Source of the DNA: an uncultured Methanosarcinales archaeon
GTDB lineage: Archaea > Nanobdellota > Nanobdellia > Woesearchaeales > ARS49
Assembly (NCBI GenBank): GCA_964362535.1
Contig: CAYIEN010000006.1
Coordinates: forward strand, 1-63,367
Reading direction: 5' to 3'
DNA: 63,367 nt
Part shown: positions 1 to 8,496 of the stretch, one piece after another
Position numbering within the stretch: the stretch's first letter is position 1
How the letters are laid out: every line of letters starts with the position of its first letter
The notes under the pieces: model-generated
What the model was told of the DNA's origin: nothing
Database searches by the model: none
What the model saw: only the letters and a program-made list of their open reading frames with translations
Position numbers and translations under genes: made by a program

Positions 1-1
1 C

Positions 2-220
2 AAACTGGCAGCTAATGCGCTTCTTGCAGAGATGAATGCGGAAGCTCCTGTTGATGTGCATCTTGCGGACCAGCTTGTTCCGTTGGTAGGCATGCGTGGA
101 GGGCAGTACAAAACGGCAACAATTTCAGAACATACAAAGACAAACGTAGTAGTGGTGAACAAATTCTGTCCGGAAGTTGTTGTAGAAGGAACAACAATTA
201 AGAGATTAGAGCCAATTTAA
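2..220 (+). CDS. rtcA: RNA 3'-terminal phosphate cyclase (RtcA), C-terminal fragment; 5' end outside window
   Basis: Frame open to the window edge. ...VDVHLADQLVPLVGMRGG..SEHTKTNVVVVNKF matches the RtcA C-terminal LADQL..H..TN..V..F pattern. Confidence 0.7.
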   Translation, partial: KLAANALLAEMNAEAPVDVHLADQLVPLVGMRGGQYKTATISEHTKTNVVVVNKFCPEVVVEGTTIKRLEPI

Positions 221-2333
221 GAGAAGTTCTCAAATCAAGTATTTCGTATCCGAGTGTTCTCTTTGATTCGCCGTCGCGGAGTTGTGAGTGAACGTGCTGT
301 AATTTGGCCAAGACTTGTTTGGCTCGGTCGACGTCTTTCATTGCGATGGCATCATGTGCTTGATTCAAGAGATGGGGAATTTCGGACGGGCGCGCTGAGG
401 GAGTTCCTTCCTCGTGGCCTTGCATGCGTTGCGGAGGTTCGTAGATATGTTCTTCCATTTCGGGTTCCGCGGGTGTGAATCGGTGGGGTATTGCTTTGCG
501 CGCAGGTTTCACTGGTTCAGGATCTTTAAAGACTTTGAACTCGTTGATTTTGCTTTGGGTGGACTTCAATTTGCCGCCGAGGGAAATGACTTTGCGGGAT
601 TCGCGCTCAACAGTCCAGTCCAGTTCAGAGCGTAGTGCTTCGAGGCGTTTGATGTCTGCTTTGACTTCTTTAACGTGCAAAATTTTGTCTTGGGCTGCTT
701 GGGTCTTTTTGCGGATTTCGGCTGCCTTTTTGAGTGCGTTTGTAAGGAGTGCTTCTTTCTTTTCGAGTGACTGTTCAAATTGTTTCAACGCAGTTTCGCG
801 TTCGCGGAATTGTTGTTCGATTTTGTTGTGCTGGTGTGCGACTCGTTCTAATTCGCGCACTCGATCAACGACTTTGTCTTCTTCAGCGCGTAATCGTTTT
901 TTGTCGCGCTCGAATTCTTTGATGGATTTGGAGATTTCATCTTCCTTTTCGCTCAAGACAGAAACGTCTCCTTCGACGAGTTTGCCGATGGATTTCTTTT
1001 CGCGGGTGACTTCTGCGCGTGCTTTGTTGACGGCGTCGCGTTCTGTTTTCCATTGGGAGAGGTATTCTTGGTATTCTGCTTTGCGCCCTTCTAATTCCTC
1101 TGTTAAAGAGTCTTTGAGTCCTTCGAGTTCTTCGCGTGCGTCATCAAGGACTCGGCGTTGGTCTGAGAGTTTGAGTTCGGAACGGATGAGTTCTCTGTCG
1201 CGATCCGCAAATTCTTGTTTGTGGATTTCAAGCTGTTTGTCAAGCGAGATGAGTCCTGATTCTTTTTCTGCCAGTACTTTCTCTTTCTTGTCAAGGAGTG
1301 CTTTTTGTTGATTAAGCGCGCGTTGTGTTTCGTCGATTTTGCGCATGCGGCTGTCGATTTCGCGTGTTGCTTTGATGGTGAGGGAGCGTCGTTCTTCAAG
1401 TTCTCTGTCGGCAACTTTGACGTCGTTACGCAATTGAGTGAGTCGTTGTCGGAGTTCTGTTTCTTTCTTGCTGACAAGCTCGTCATGTGTCTTCTCAAGC
1501 ATTTTGATTTGTTGGTGAAGCGTGGCGATTTCGGTGTTGAGGTCGCTCTTTCGCTTTGCGGCCTGTGCTTCGAACTGAAGGAGTCGTTGTTGCGCGTTCT
1601 TTTCGCGGGTGGACAGTCCTTCTTTGATTTGGAGTTTGATTTCGGCGAGTTCGGCAAGTGTCGCTGCTCGTTTTTGTTCGAGGTCTGCGCTGGTGTGGCG
1701 TTGGCTTTCGGCCATTGCGGTGAGTTTCTTTTCTTGTGCTTCGAGTTCTTTGGAACGCTTTTGGAGTTGGTTGTGCAATGAAGTTAATCCTGCGTCTTTA
1801 TTGGCAAGGACGTCTTCTTTAGAATCAAGCAATTTTTCGCGGGCTTCGACGCGGTGCTGGAGTGAACGCATTTCTTGGTATTTTTTGGCGATGGTGCGTT
1901 CGCTGCTGCCTAACTCGGTTCGATTATCAATGACATCTTCCTGCAATGCTTTGAGGTCTCCTCGTAAGACTGCGATTTTGTCTTCGAGTGCGTTTCGTTG
2001 AGCTTCAAGTTCATCAACTTCTTTGGCAACGTTGAGTTTGTGCTTTTCTGAGCGATTGACCGAGCTCATGGTTTCTTTGATGAGCGAGTCTTTGTTGGAG
2101 AATGCTTTTTGTTTTTGTTTGAGCGTGACTTCAAGATCGGCAAGTTCGTGTTCTTTTTTGGTGAGTGCGGCTGCCTTTTTGTTGAGGTCTTGCATCTCGG
2201 AATGGACTTGTTCGCGTTGTTTTCTGAGTGCTTTGTCCGAACTGACGGATGGCGGCAATGGCGGCGCAGGTAGCTCTCGCTTGAAGAAGGATAGAATACC
2301 TGAAGATGTCCCCTTCGCGGGCTTTGAAGCCAT
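198..2333 (-). CDS. Long coiled-coil protein, function unknown
   Basis: 711-aa ORF. ATG 2333 lies 23 nt downstream of a minus-strand AATATAAAG (2356-2364). About 550 aa of continuous E/K/L/Q-rich helix, a Pro-rich N-terminus and a helical C-terminal module. No catalytic motif seen. Confidence 0.6.
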   Translation of the reverse strand: MASKPAKGTSSGILSFFKRELPAPPLPPSVSSDKALRKQREQVHSEMQDLNKKAAALTKKEHELADLEVTLKQKQKAFSNKDSLIKETMSSVNRSEKHKLNVAKEVDELEAQRNALEDKIAVLRGDLKALQEDVIDNRTELGSSERTIAKKYQEMRSLQHRVEAREKLLDSKEDVLANKDAGLTSLHNQLQKRSKELEAQEKKLTAMAESQRHTSADLEQKRAATLAELAEIKLQIKEGLSTREKNAQQRLLQFEAQAAKRKSDLNTEIATLHQQIKMLEKTHDELVSKKETELRQRLTQLRNDVKVADRELEERRSLTIKATREIDSRMRKIDETQRALNQQKALLDKKEKVLAEKESGLISLDKQLEIHKQEFADRDRELIRSELKLSDQRRVLDDAREELEGLKDSLTEELEGRKAEYQEYLSQWKTERDAVNKARAEVTREKKSIGKLVEGDVSVLSEKEDEISKSIKEFERDKKRLRAEEDKVVDRVRELERVAHQHNKIEQQFRERETALKQFEQSLEKKEALLTNALKKAAEIRKKTQAAQDKILHVKEVKADIKRLEALRSELDWTVERESRKVISLGGKLKSTQSKINEFKVFKDPEPVKPARKAIPHRFTPAEPEMEEHIYEPPQRMQGHEEGTPSARPSEIPHLLNQAHDAIAMKDVDRAKQVLAKLQHVHSQLRDGESKRTLGYEILDLRTSLKLALIS

Positions 2334-2524
2334 ACCCTTTATTGACCTAAACTCGCTTTATATTCTTTTGTTATGATTGTTGAGTGGTCAAGTCAATGAT
2401 ATTTTGTCAATTTATCTTCGTTTCTTCCCCGCACGTTCTGTGTCCCGGGTAGTCTTTGAGTCGTCAACAAGAACACAATAACGACTGCCCAAGACAAATG
2501 AATCGCGGTCTCCGTAAGGAAACC

Positions 2525-2532
2525 TTTAAAAA
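2525..2532 (+). promoter_or_regulatory. TATA box (GGAAACC-TTTAAAAA) for the Zn-ribbon/EF-1beta pair
   Basis: BRE-like GGAAAC plus TTTAAAAA, 23 nt upstream of ATG 2555, implying a leaderless mRNA. Confidence 0.5.
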
Positions 2533-2554
2533 CCCCCTTCTTGTCCGTGAAGGT

Positions 2555-2719
2555 ATGGCACACAACTGCACATCTTGCAAAACACCCATCGCGAATGCGA
2601 AGGGTGCTGCGAAGTTTCTTTGTCCTTGCTGTGGCAAGGTAGAGTTAGTCCGTTGTCAGCACTGCCGTGAAATTGCGGCTACGTTCTCGTGTGCGTGCGG
2701 ATTTTCAGGTCCGAATTAA
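2555..2719 (+). CDS. Small zinc-ribbon protein (family usually found next to aEF-1beta)
   Basis: MAHNCTSCKTPI...FLCPCCGKVELVRCQHCRE..FSCACG has several CxxC pairs. It abuts the EF-1beta gene (2-nt gap). Start moved to ATG 2555 downstream of the TATA. Confidence 0.65.
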   Translation: MAHNCTSCKTPIANAKGAAKFLCPCCGKVELVRCQHCREIAATFSCACGFSGPN

Positions 2720-2720
2720 C

Positions 2721-2999
2721 ATGGGTAAGGCTTACGTTGTTCTTACGTACCGAGTCATGCCTACTTCTCCGGAATTAGACATCGCAAAATTACAGAAAGA
2801 CTTGCATACTCTGTTAGCCAAGGAATCAAAGGGCGAGCCGAAGTTCGAAGTCAAGCCGTTTGCCTTCGGATTAAAGGCTGTTGAAGTCACGTTCATGATG
2901 GAAGAATCCAAGGGCTGCGACGCCATCGAAGCCGAAATGAAGAAAGTGCACGGCGTTGAGAATTTGGAAGTCGTCAGATTGGACAGAGCGCTGGGATAG
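2721..2999 (+). CDS. ef1b: Translation elongation factor aEF-1 beta
   Basis: 92 aa, MGKAYVVLTYRVMPTSPELDIAKL...KPFAFGLKAVEV...GVENLEVVRLDRAL; length and pattern typical of archaeal EF-1beta. Confidence 0.8.
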   Translation: MGKAYVVLTYRVMPTSPELDIAKLQKDLHTLLAKESKGEPKFEVKPFAFGLKAVEVTFMMEESKGCDAIEAEMKKVHGVENLEVVRLDRALG

Positions 3000-4100
3000 T
3001 TAGTTCTTGAGTAGTTTTTTCACGACATCAATCGGCGCATCAGTCCTTAATCCAGTATCACAGAAGTGTGTTCGTGCTGCGACGTAGCCTTTCTTCTTGA
3101 GTGCCATAATTATAGTGTCAAACTTGGGAACAACACATTTGAGATGTTTGCAGAGTTTGTGAATATCGGTGAAACCGACAATCGCAAGGTGAGACTCGCC
3201 ATGAATAATGTCAAGGAGTTTGCGCGTCTGACCTTCAGTATGTGGTTTCATCTTCGTGACGAGCGCGTGGTTCCAGAGTGCTCCGAGCCAGAGTGGTCCG
3301 GCTGCGCGCATGTTTTGTTTGCAGCAGACCGCAAGATTATGTTTGGAAACAGAATGGCTCATGCATCGTTCGCAATACAAAACATATCCGTGCTGAGCAC
3401 AAATGCGCTGAACATATGATTTTGATTTTTCTGATTGCAAGTAAATACGGTCATAATGGTCGGTGGCATGCGAGAACAACGGAATCAAGGCTTTATCATA
3501 CTGCATGCCAATAAGTTGTACTTTTCTAATAAGAATTCGGACGCCAATTTCGTGCATCAATTCGTTTCTCAGGGGTTCTGCCCAGTATTTGCGTCGGCAC
3601 GCGTCGGGAAACGAACCAGCAAGCGCACCGGTATCTGTCGCCGTAACTGCCAAAATGCCGTCTCGACTCAAGCGTTTGCACGCAGCGTCAAGAAACTGAT
3701 TAGGCGAACCAAACGGGTCGATTTCGATGTAGTCAAAACCGTTGTGTTCGAGGAGAAAGCCAGATGCGTCTTTTTGCGAAACAATAACATTTTTTGCGGG
3801 AATGTTATTGAGTTTCAATTGTTTTTTGAACAATAAAGGAAACTTCGGATTGCCGTCGTTGGCATACAGTGTTTTGATGGTTCCTCGGGGCAATTCTTTG
3901 AGAAAGCGTAATGAACGCACTCCCGATCCCGCCAAGGGGTCGGCAATGAACATTCCTTTTCTACCAATGGCTGTAAGCAACGCGACCGCGATATCTCTAT
4001 TAGTGTGCATGATGGGGTTGTAAAAAACGGGCATTGCTGCAGAAATTACTTTTTCAATGGGTGCAAAAAAAGAAACTTTTCCTTCAGAAACTTTTTTCAT
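3000..4100 (-). CDS. trm1: tRNA (guanine26-N2)-dimethyltransferase Trm1
   Basis: FYNPIMHTNRDIAV, SAM-binding DPLAGSGVRSLRF, DPFGSP, and a C-terminal Cys cluster YCERC...CC..GPLWLG. Confidence 0.85.
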   Translation of the reverse strand: MKKVSEGKVSFFAPIEKVISAAMPVFYNPIMHTNRDIAVALLTAIGRKGMFIADPLAGSGVRSLRFLKELPRGTIKTLYANDGNPKFPLLFKKQLKLNNIPAKNVIVSQKDASGFLLEHNGFDYIEIDPFGSPNQFLDAACKRLSRDGILAVTATDTGALAGSFPDACRRKYWAEPLRNELMHEIGVRILIRKVQLIGMQYDKALIPLFSHATDHYDRIYLQSEKSKSYVQRICAQHGYVLYCERCMSHSVSKHNLAVCCKQNMRAAGPLWLGALWNHALVTKMKPHTEGQTRKLLDIIHGESHLAIVGFTDIHKLCKHLKCVVPKFDTIIMALKKKGYVAARTHFCDTGLRTDAPIDVVKKLLKN

Positions 4101-4378
4101 TTACGCTTTTTGCCGGGGTTTGCGCCTTTGCTGAATCCCTGTTCCATGTCGTCGATTTCGTCGTCGTCGAGGAGGTCTTCGCGGCCTTCTTCGGTGTAGA
4201 CGTCTTCGTCTGCTTCTTTCTTTTCTATTTTGTCTTCGTATTCTTCTTTAGTAAGGTCATACTCGTCATCTTCAGTCTTGGATGCATCAACGGGTTCGTC
4301 ATCCGTAACGGGGGCTTTTTTGCCCTTTTTTGAGGGCTTTGCCTTGACGTTTTTCTTCTTCATGACCTTTTTTGGCAT
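4097..4378 (-). CDS. Small Lys-rich / highly acidic protein, unknown function
   Basis: 93 aa: basic N-terminus (KKKNVKAKPSKKGKK), D/E-rich core, basic C-terminus. ATGA overlap with the trm1 start. Minus-strand TATA GTTTATAAG about 24 nt upstream. Confidence 0.5.
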   Translation of the reverse strand: MPKKVMKKKNVKAKPSKKGKKAPVTDDEPVDASKTEDDEYDLTKEEYEDKIEKKEADEDVYTEEGREDLLDDDEIDDMEQGFSKGANPGKKRK

Positions 4379-4429
4379 GAACGAAGGCTACTTCAGAAAC
4401 TTATAAACATTGTTATTTTGACAAATTTG

Positions 4430-6295
4430 TTATTTTGAAAAGAATTGCTGTATTATAGGGAGTGGTGCGAACGCGATCTTCGGATTCCAGTCTTTTGGAA
4501 AACATTTGCTGTACATGGGGTTGCCATAGCGTTCGTCCATGAACACCAATACGCCGCGGTCGGTTTCGGAACGGATGCATCGACCAACATTCTGTAGCGT
4601 TTTTGTAATGGCTGGCAGAGTATAACCGTAATCCCATCCTTTGTGATAGAGTCTGTCATAATAGGCAATGAGTTCTTTGGTTTCCAAATCAGGCCTGTCA
4701 AGCGGAATGCCGACGACAATGACGCATTTGAGAATGCCTGGTAAATCGACTCCTTCGCCGAAAGACCCGGCCGCAACTCCTAACAACACAGCCCCGATTT
4801 GTTTGTATCCAGAAAAGCGGCGCAACATTGCTTCGCGATCTTCTTTAGTGGCTTTGGAGTCTTCCATGAAAACTGTTTTGGTGCAGGAGTTTGTAAGCGA
4901 TGCCGCAACGGCGTCGCGAATGGCGTAGCTGGGGAAAAAGATGGCGGTGCAGCCAGGAACAGTGTTAACAATTGCCGCACAAGTATTGGAAATCTTTTGA
5001 TACTGTTCAGGCGATCGTTCGCTGAACTTTGTCGTCACATTCGGCACGATGAGGCAGCACTTGTTTTCGATGGGAAATGGGCTGGGGAACTCTTTTTGGA
5101 TGGTATTCTTCGGAAAGCCAAGCACTTCAGCGAACATCGACGTCGGCGTCAATGTGCCGGACATTAGAATGGTGCAGTGCGCGCGTTCAATGACTTCTTT
5201 CGCAATCATAGATGAATCCAAACAGCGATGAGAGAGTGTTACAATGCGTTCATTGCGGAAGTCACTAACGGAAAGAATACGGCTAAATCCAATATCTCCA
5301 TCATTCCAACTACTCAAAAAGCTCGCGACGCTTCCGATGGCGCTTGTTTTTTTGTCTTCGCGGATGGCATCAGCGGAAATGGTAAATAGATTTGTCATTT
5401 CTTCGAGGGGTTTAATCGCGATAACTTGAGAGATAAATTGGTCTTTTGTCACGTTCTTTTCTTGGTCGCGATAGAGTCCTTTTGACAAACCAGTTAAAAT
5501 GTCTTGAATTTGGACGAGGATGTCTTGCACGGCCGGAAAATCGGCAAGTTTTGCTTCGGCGATTGCTCGTTTGATAGTGACAGAGCTGAGGCGTTGCGTC
5601 ATTTGTTCGCGCAATCTGCTAGGCAGGTTGTGCCCTTCGTCGATAATCACGATGCAATTCTCGAGTTTGCGGTCAAGTTTGCCCAAGAATGATTCGCGAA
5701 TCTTTTTGTTGAAGATGTAGTTGTAGTCGGCGATGATGACTTTGGAGTTTTGGGCCATCATGACGGACAATTCGTAAGGACACAATTCCTCGTTAGTGCC
5801 TTCCATGAGGACTTGTTCGCTGGCGATGGGAGATTCCATCGTTAATCGTTTTGCAACGAATGCTGCTTTGACGGTAGCGTCACCTTTTTCAGTCCGCGCA
5901 TTAGAATAATAACTGCATTTGCCGTCTTCACGCAAACTTTTGCAGAAGGAAGTAAAGTCTTCGGAGTGCATGGTGGCGACTCCTCCTTGGGAGCACAAAT
6001 GTTTTTTGCCGACCATGGAAACACTGCCGAGATTGACATTGAATTTTTGTTTTATTGCTTTGAGGGTTTCCATCCCAATTAAATGCTGTGTGTGTCGTGA
6101 AGTTAAGAAGAAAATAGTCAAGTTTTTCTCTTTCGCGAGAGAAAGCGCGGGCGCGAGTGTCGCTGCGGTTTTTCCGAGTCCTGTCGGCGCGTGCACGACG
6201 CAGGGTGTTTTTGTTTCGATGCAGTGCTGAATCAACGCGACCAATTCTTTCTGCACGTTGCGCATGGATTCGTGAGGAAAAAGGAGTTCTGCCAC
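4430..6295 (-). CDS. xpd: XPD/Rad3-type 5'-3' DNA helicase with 4Fe-4S domain
   Basis: Walker A HAPTGLGKT, DEAH-type IIDEGHNLP, four Cys (HLCSQ, FCKSL, GKCSYY, LCPYE). GTG start 6295 keeps the conserved N-terminal FPhE..R..Q. Confidence 0.85.
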   Translation of the reverse strand: MAELLFPHESMRNVQKELVALIQHCIETKTPCVVHAPTGLGKTAATLAPALSLAKEKNLTIFFLTSRHTQHLIGMETLKAIKQKFNVNLGSVSMVGKKHLCSQGGVATMHSEDFTSFCKSLREDGKCSYYSNARTEKGDATVKAAFVAKRLTMESPIASEQVLMEGTNEELCPYELSVMMAQNSKVIIADYNYIFNKKIRESFLGKLDRKLENCIVIIDEGHNLPSRLREQMTQRLSSVTIKRAIAEAKLADFPAVQDILVQIQDILTGLSKGLYRDQEKNVTKDQFISQVIAIKPLEEMTNLFTISADAIREDKKTSAIGSVASFLSSWNDGDIGFSRILSVSDFRNERIVTLSHRCLDSSMIAKEVIERAHCTILMSGTLTPTSMFAEVLGFPKNTIQKEFPSPFPIENKCCLIVPNVTTKFSERSPEQYQKISNTCAAIVNTVPGCTAIFFPSYAIRDAVAASLTNSCTKTVFMEDSKATKEDREAMLRRFSGYKQIGAVLLGVAAGSFGEGVDLPGILKCVIVVGIPLDRPDLETKELIAYYDRLYHKGWDYGYTLPAITKTLQNVGRCIRSETDRGVLVFMDERYGNPMYSKCFPKDWNPKIAFAPLPIIQQFFSK

Positions 6296-6435
6296 TTACT
6301 TTTTTGTTTTCACGGAGTATATTTAGGTTTTGATTTGACGTTTTTAGTTCACTAATAATTTTCATTTCGTTTTTTCTCGTCAATGAATGCACAAAATGAA
6401 TTATTTTGACAAACTACATCTTTCCCACACTAACT

Positions 6436-6451
6436 GCGAAACATTTAAATA
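6436..6451 (+). promoter_or_regulatory. BRE/TATA-like element GCGAAACATTTAAATA, copy 1 (no ORF behind it)
   Basis: Exact 16-nt copy of the element at 6547-6562. Followed by an 8-bp hairpin ACGGAAAA/TTTTCCGT and no credible ORF. Confidence 0.35.
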
Positions 6452-6546
6452 CAATTTAGGTAGCGAGAAATTCAGTGGATTTGTTCCGCGAGGTGATACG
6501 GAAAAAGTTTTCTTTTCCGTCGACAAAAAAAGTCGGGCGGAGCGCG

Positions 6547-6562
6547 GCGAAACATTTAAATA
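6547..6562 (+). promoter_or_regulatory. BRE/TATA element GCGAAACATTTAAATA, copy 2, upstream of the wHTH gene
   Basis: Ends 36 nt before ATG 6598. Confidence 0.45.
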
Positions 6563-6597
6563 TCGCTTAGAATGTATGTATTCCACTATCTAACAAC

Positions 6598-6894
6598 ATG
6601 GCGAACACTTGGGGGGCAATTTCAGCGGCAAACAAGGAGATCTTCCGCGTTTTCTTCCGCGAAAAGCCCGCAATGATGCTTGTTGAGCTTCGAAATGCTA
6701 AATCTGAAGTCTACGCAAGCTCGTTAGCCAAACAAATCGATTGCACGTACTCTCACGTTGTCAAAATTTTGCAGCAAATGGAGAAAGAAGGCTTGATTAA
6801 CTTTGACAAACAGGGTCGATTGAAGCTTTTGACGCTTACCAAGAAGGGTACTGAAGTCGCGGAAAAGATCGATCACATCCGAGTTACGCTTTAA
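6598..6894 (+). CDS. Winged-helix transcriptional regulator (MarR/ArsR-like)
   Basis: 98 aa; SSLAKQIDCTYSHVVKILQQMEKEGLINFDKQGRLKLLTLTKKG is an HTH plus wing pattern. Confidence 0.6.
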   Translation: MANTWGAISAANKEIFRVFFREKPAMMLVELRNAKSEVYASSLAKQIDCTYSHVVKILQQMEKEGLINFDKQGRLKLLTLTKKGTEVAEKIDHIRVTL

Positions 6895-6932
6895 TTCTGA
6901 AGTTTTTTATACGCACAACCAATTTGTCCTGT

Positions 6933-7763
6933 ATGAACTCTGTTCTTATCTCCGGAGCGACTGGTTTTCTCGGTTCGCGTGTTGTTTTGGCGTTACCGCT
7001 TGTCGAAAAAGTGTGTCTGGTACGTTCTTCTGCAACAATTACTGGTTGTGAAATGTGGAATCTTGACAAGATAGTGCCAAAACCGATGGATGCGTTTGTA
7101 CACTGTGCCGCGCAGGTGCATCCTGATGCCGGAACGCATAATATTGAGCTCACCAAACGCATGCTCGACATCGCAAAGGCGTGTCAAGTGAAACACTTCA
7201 TTTTCATCAGTAGTTATGTGGTCGAAACTGACGCAGTAACGGCGTATGCGGTTGCAAAACGGGCAGAGGAAGCATTAGTGAAAGAGTCAGGCATTCCGTT
7301 CACGATTTTTAGGCCGACGGCCATTTTTGGGAAAGGCGATAAATTGACAATAGGCAAGTTGCAGGATAGAATCCGAAGTGGCAAACTTATGCCGTTGCCT
7401 GCGGGAGGTACTGCTGTCATGCAGCCTATTTTTGCGGATGATTTAGCACACTTAATTGCTTCTGCGCTTGACAAAAAACCATTGAACAAAACGTATACGG
7501 TGGGTGGAACCCCAACGTGTCTACGAGATATGGTTGTATTAATTTCAGAGTTGGAACAAAAGAAGAAACGAACGCTCGTCGTTCCTATAGTGTTTATGCT
7601 GGGTGTTGTGCACATTTTGCAATTATTCAAGCTGGCACCCATTCATTCGGGGCAGGTGCGTAATCTTGGACGAGATTTCAAAGTAAATCTTGAACCCTTA
7701 CAAAAAGATTTCAATTTTGTGCCGACAAATTTTGATAAAGCAATAAGAAGTATATATCAATAA
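6933..7763 (+). CDS. NAD(P)-dependent epimerase/dehydratase-family (SDR) protein
   Basis: N-terminal Rossmann motif ISGATGFLGSRV. ATG 6933 is 22 nt downstream of TTTTTATAC; the track's 6924 start is a TTG. Confidence 0.7.
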   Translation: MNSVLISGATGFLGSRVVLALPLVEKVCLVRSSATITGCEMWNLDKIVPKPMDAFVHCAAQVHPDAGTHNIELTKRMLDIAKACQVKHFIFISSYVVETDAVTAYAVAKRAEEALVKESGIPFTIFRPTAIFGKGDKLTIGKLQDRIRSGKLMPLPAGGTAVMQPIFADDLAHLIASALDKKPLNKTYTVGGTPTCLRDMVVLISELEQKKKRTLVVPIVFMLGVVHILQLFKLAPIHSGQVRNLGRDFKVNLEPLQKDFNFVPTNFDKAIRSIYQ

Positions 7764-7785
7764 AAAAGTTAAAAAAATAAAAGAA

Positions 7786-8241
7786 TTACTGCGTGTACAG
7801 TTTCAATTGCGTCGGGTCGTACTTGAACGCAAGAGGGATCGTTCCCATGCGTTGGTAGTACTTCAACAATCGCTTGATTTTTGCGTCGGTCAACTGCATG
7901 CCTCTCAAAGCAGGCATGTCCTGCTTGTTGGCTTCCAGGTGCTTTCGGACTGCAGCTGCTCTTTTCATAAGAGCAATCAAGTCTTCGGGCATTTTGGGCT
8001 TGTGACCTTTTTCAATCAACAATTCAGTAATACGCTTTCCCGCGACGGTTTTGACGTCAGGGATTCCGTAGCTGTCTCGCAATTCAAGTCCGATGACGGA
8101 TGCGGTTTTGCCTTCTTTCGCCAATTTGACGATGAGGAGTTCTAATTCTTTCTCCTTCATTCGGGACCAGCTTGGCTTTGTCTTGTTCAAGGGTTTGCTT
8201 GAACCGGATCGGCCTCGCTTTCTACTGTGCATTTTTGCCAT
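7786..8241 (-). CDS. rps15: Ribosomal protein uS15 (S15P/S13e)
   Basis: MAKMHSRKRGRSGSSKP... 151 aa, archaeal/eukaryal-type S15. GAAGGAG lies 8 nt upstream of the ATG. Confidence 0.9.
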   Translation of the reverse strand: MAKMHSRKRGRSGSSKPLNKTKPSWSRMKEKELELLIVKLAKEGKTASVIGLELRDSYGIPDVKTVAGKRITELLIEKGHKPKMPEDLIALMKRAAAVRKHLEANKQDMPALRGMQLTDAKIKRLLKYYQRMGTIPLAFKYDPTQLKLYTQ

Positions 8242-8385
8242 GTTGTGTACTCCTTCTATTGTTCATGACGAGATTCTGAAGAGAAATTGTCTCTCCCGTA
8301 TAGCTGAGTCTTGCAACCCTTCTATCGCTCGATACCTTTAATTTCACTCGGACGCCTTATAAAGGTTTCGTCGGAAATTAAGATA

Positions 8386-8457
8386 TAGCCTCTGGCGGAT
8401 TCGAACCGCCGTCAACGGGTCCAGAGCCCGCTATCCTTGCCGCTAGACGAAGAGGCT
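8386..8457 (-). tRNA. tRNA-Gln (anticodon CTG)
   Basis: Hand-folded cloverleaf: acceptor AGCCTCT/AGAGGCT with A1:U72, anticodon arm GCGGG-CTCTGGA-CCCGT, T arm GGCGG-TTCGAAT-CCGCC. No intron, no encoded CCA. Confidence 0.85.
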
Positions 8458-8496
8458 GATGGATATTGTTTCTCGAAGGCGCTTTAAAAAGGTTGC

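Noticed and set aside
475-1311. 278-aa plus-strand ORF, and several others between 254 and 2376 on both strands, inside the coiled-coil gene.
   Set aside because: These are Ser/Cys/Phe-rich mirror translations of a K/E/L-rich gene. They have no promoter or SD and are fully nested antisense or out of frame.
4410-4438. 12-nt direct repeat TTGTTATTTTGA (4410-4421 and 4427-4438) across the xpd stop codon.
   Set aside because: A short AT-rich repeat in a 50-nt spacer that also holds the TATA of gene 4378. I see no evidence for function beyond promoter or terminator context.
6387-6593. 68-aa plus-strand ORF spanning the duplicated promoter elements.
   Set aside because: Its repeated ETFKY peptide simply reflects translation of the two BRE/TATA copies. 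There is no start context.
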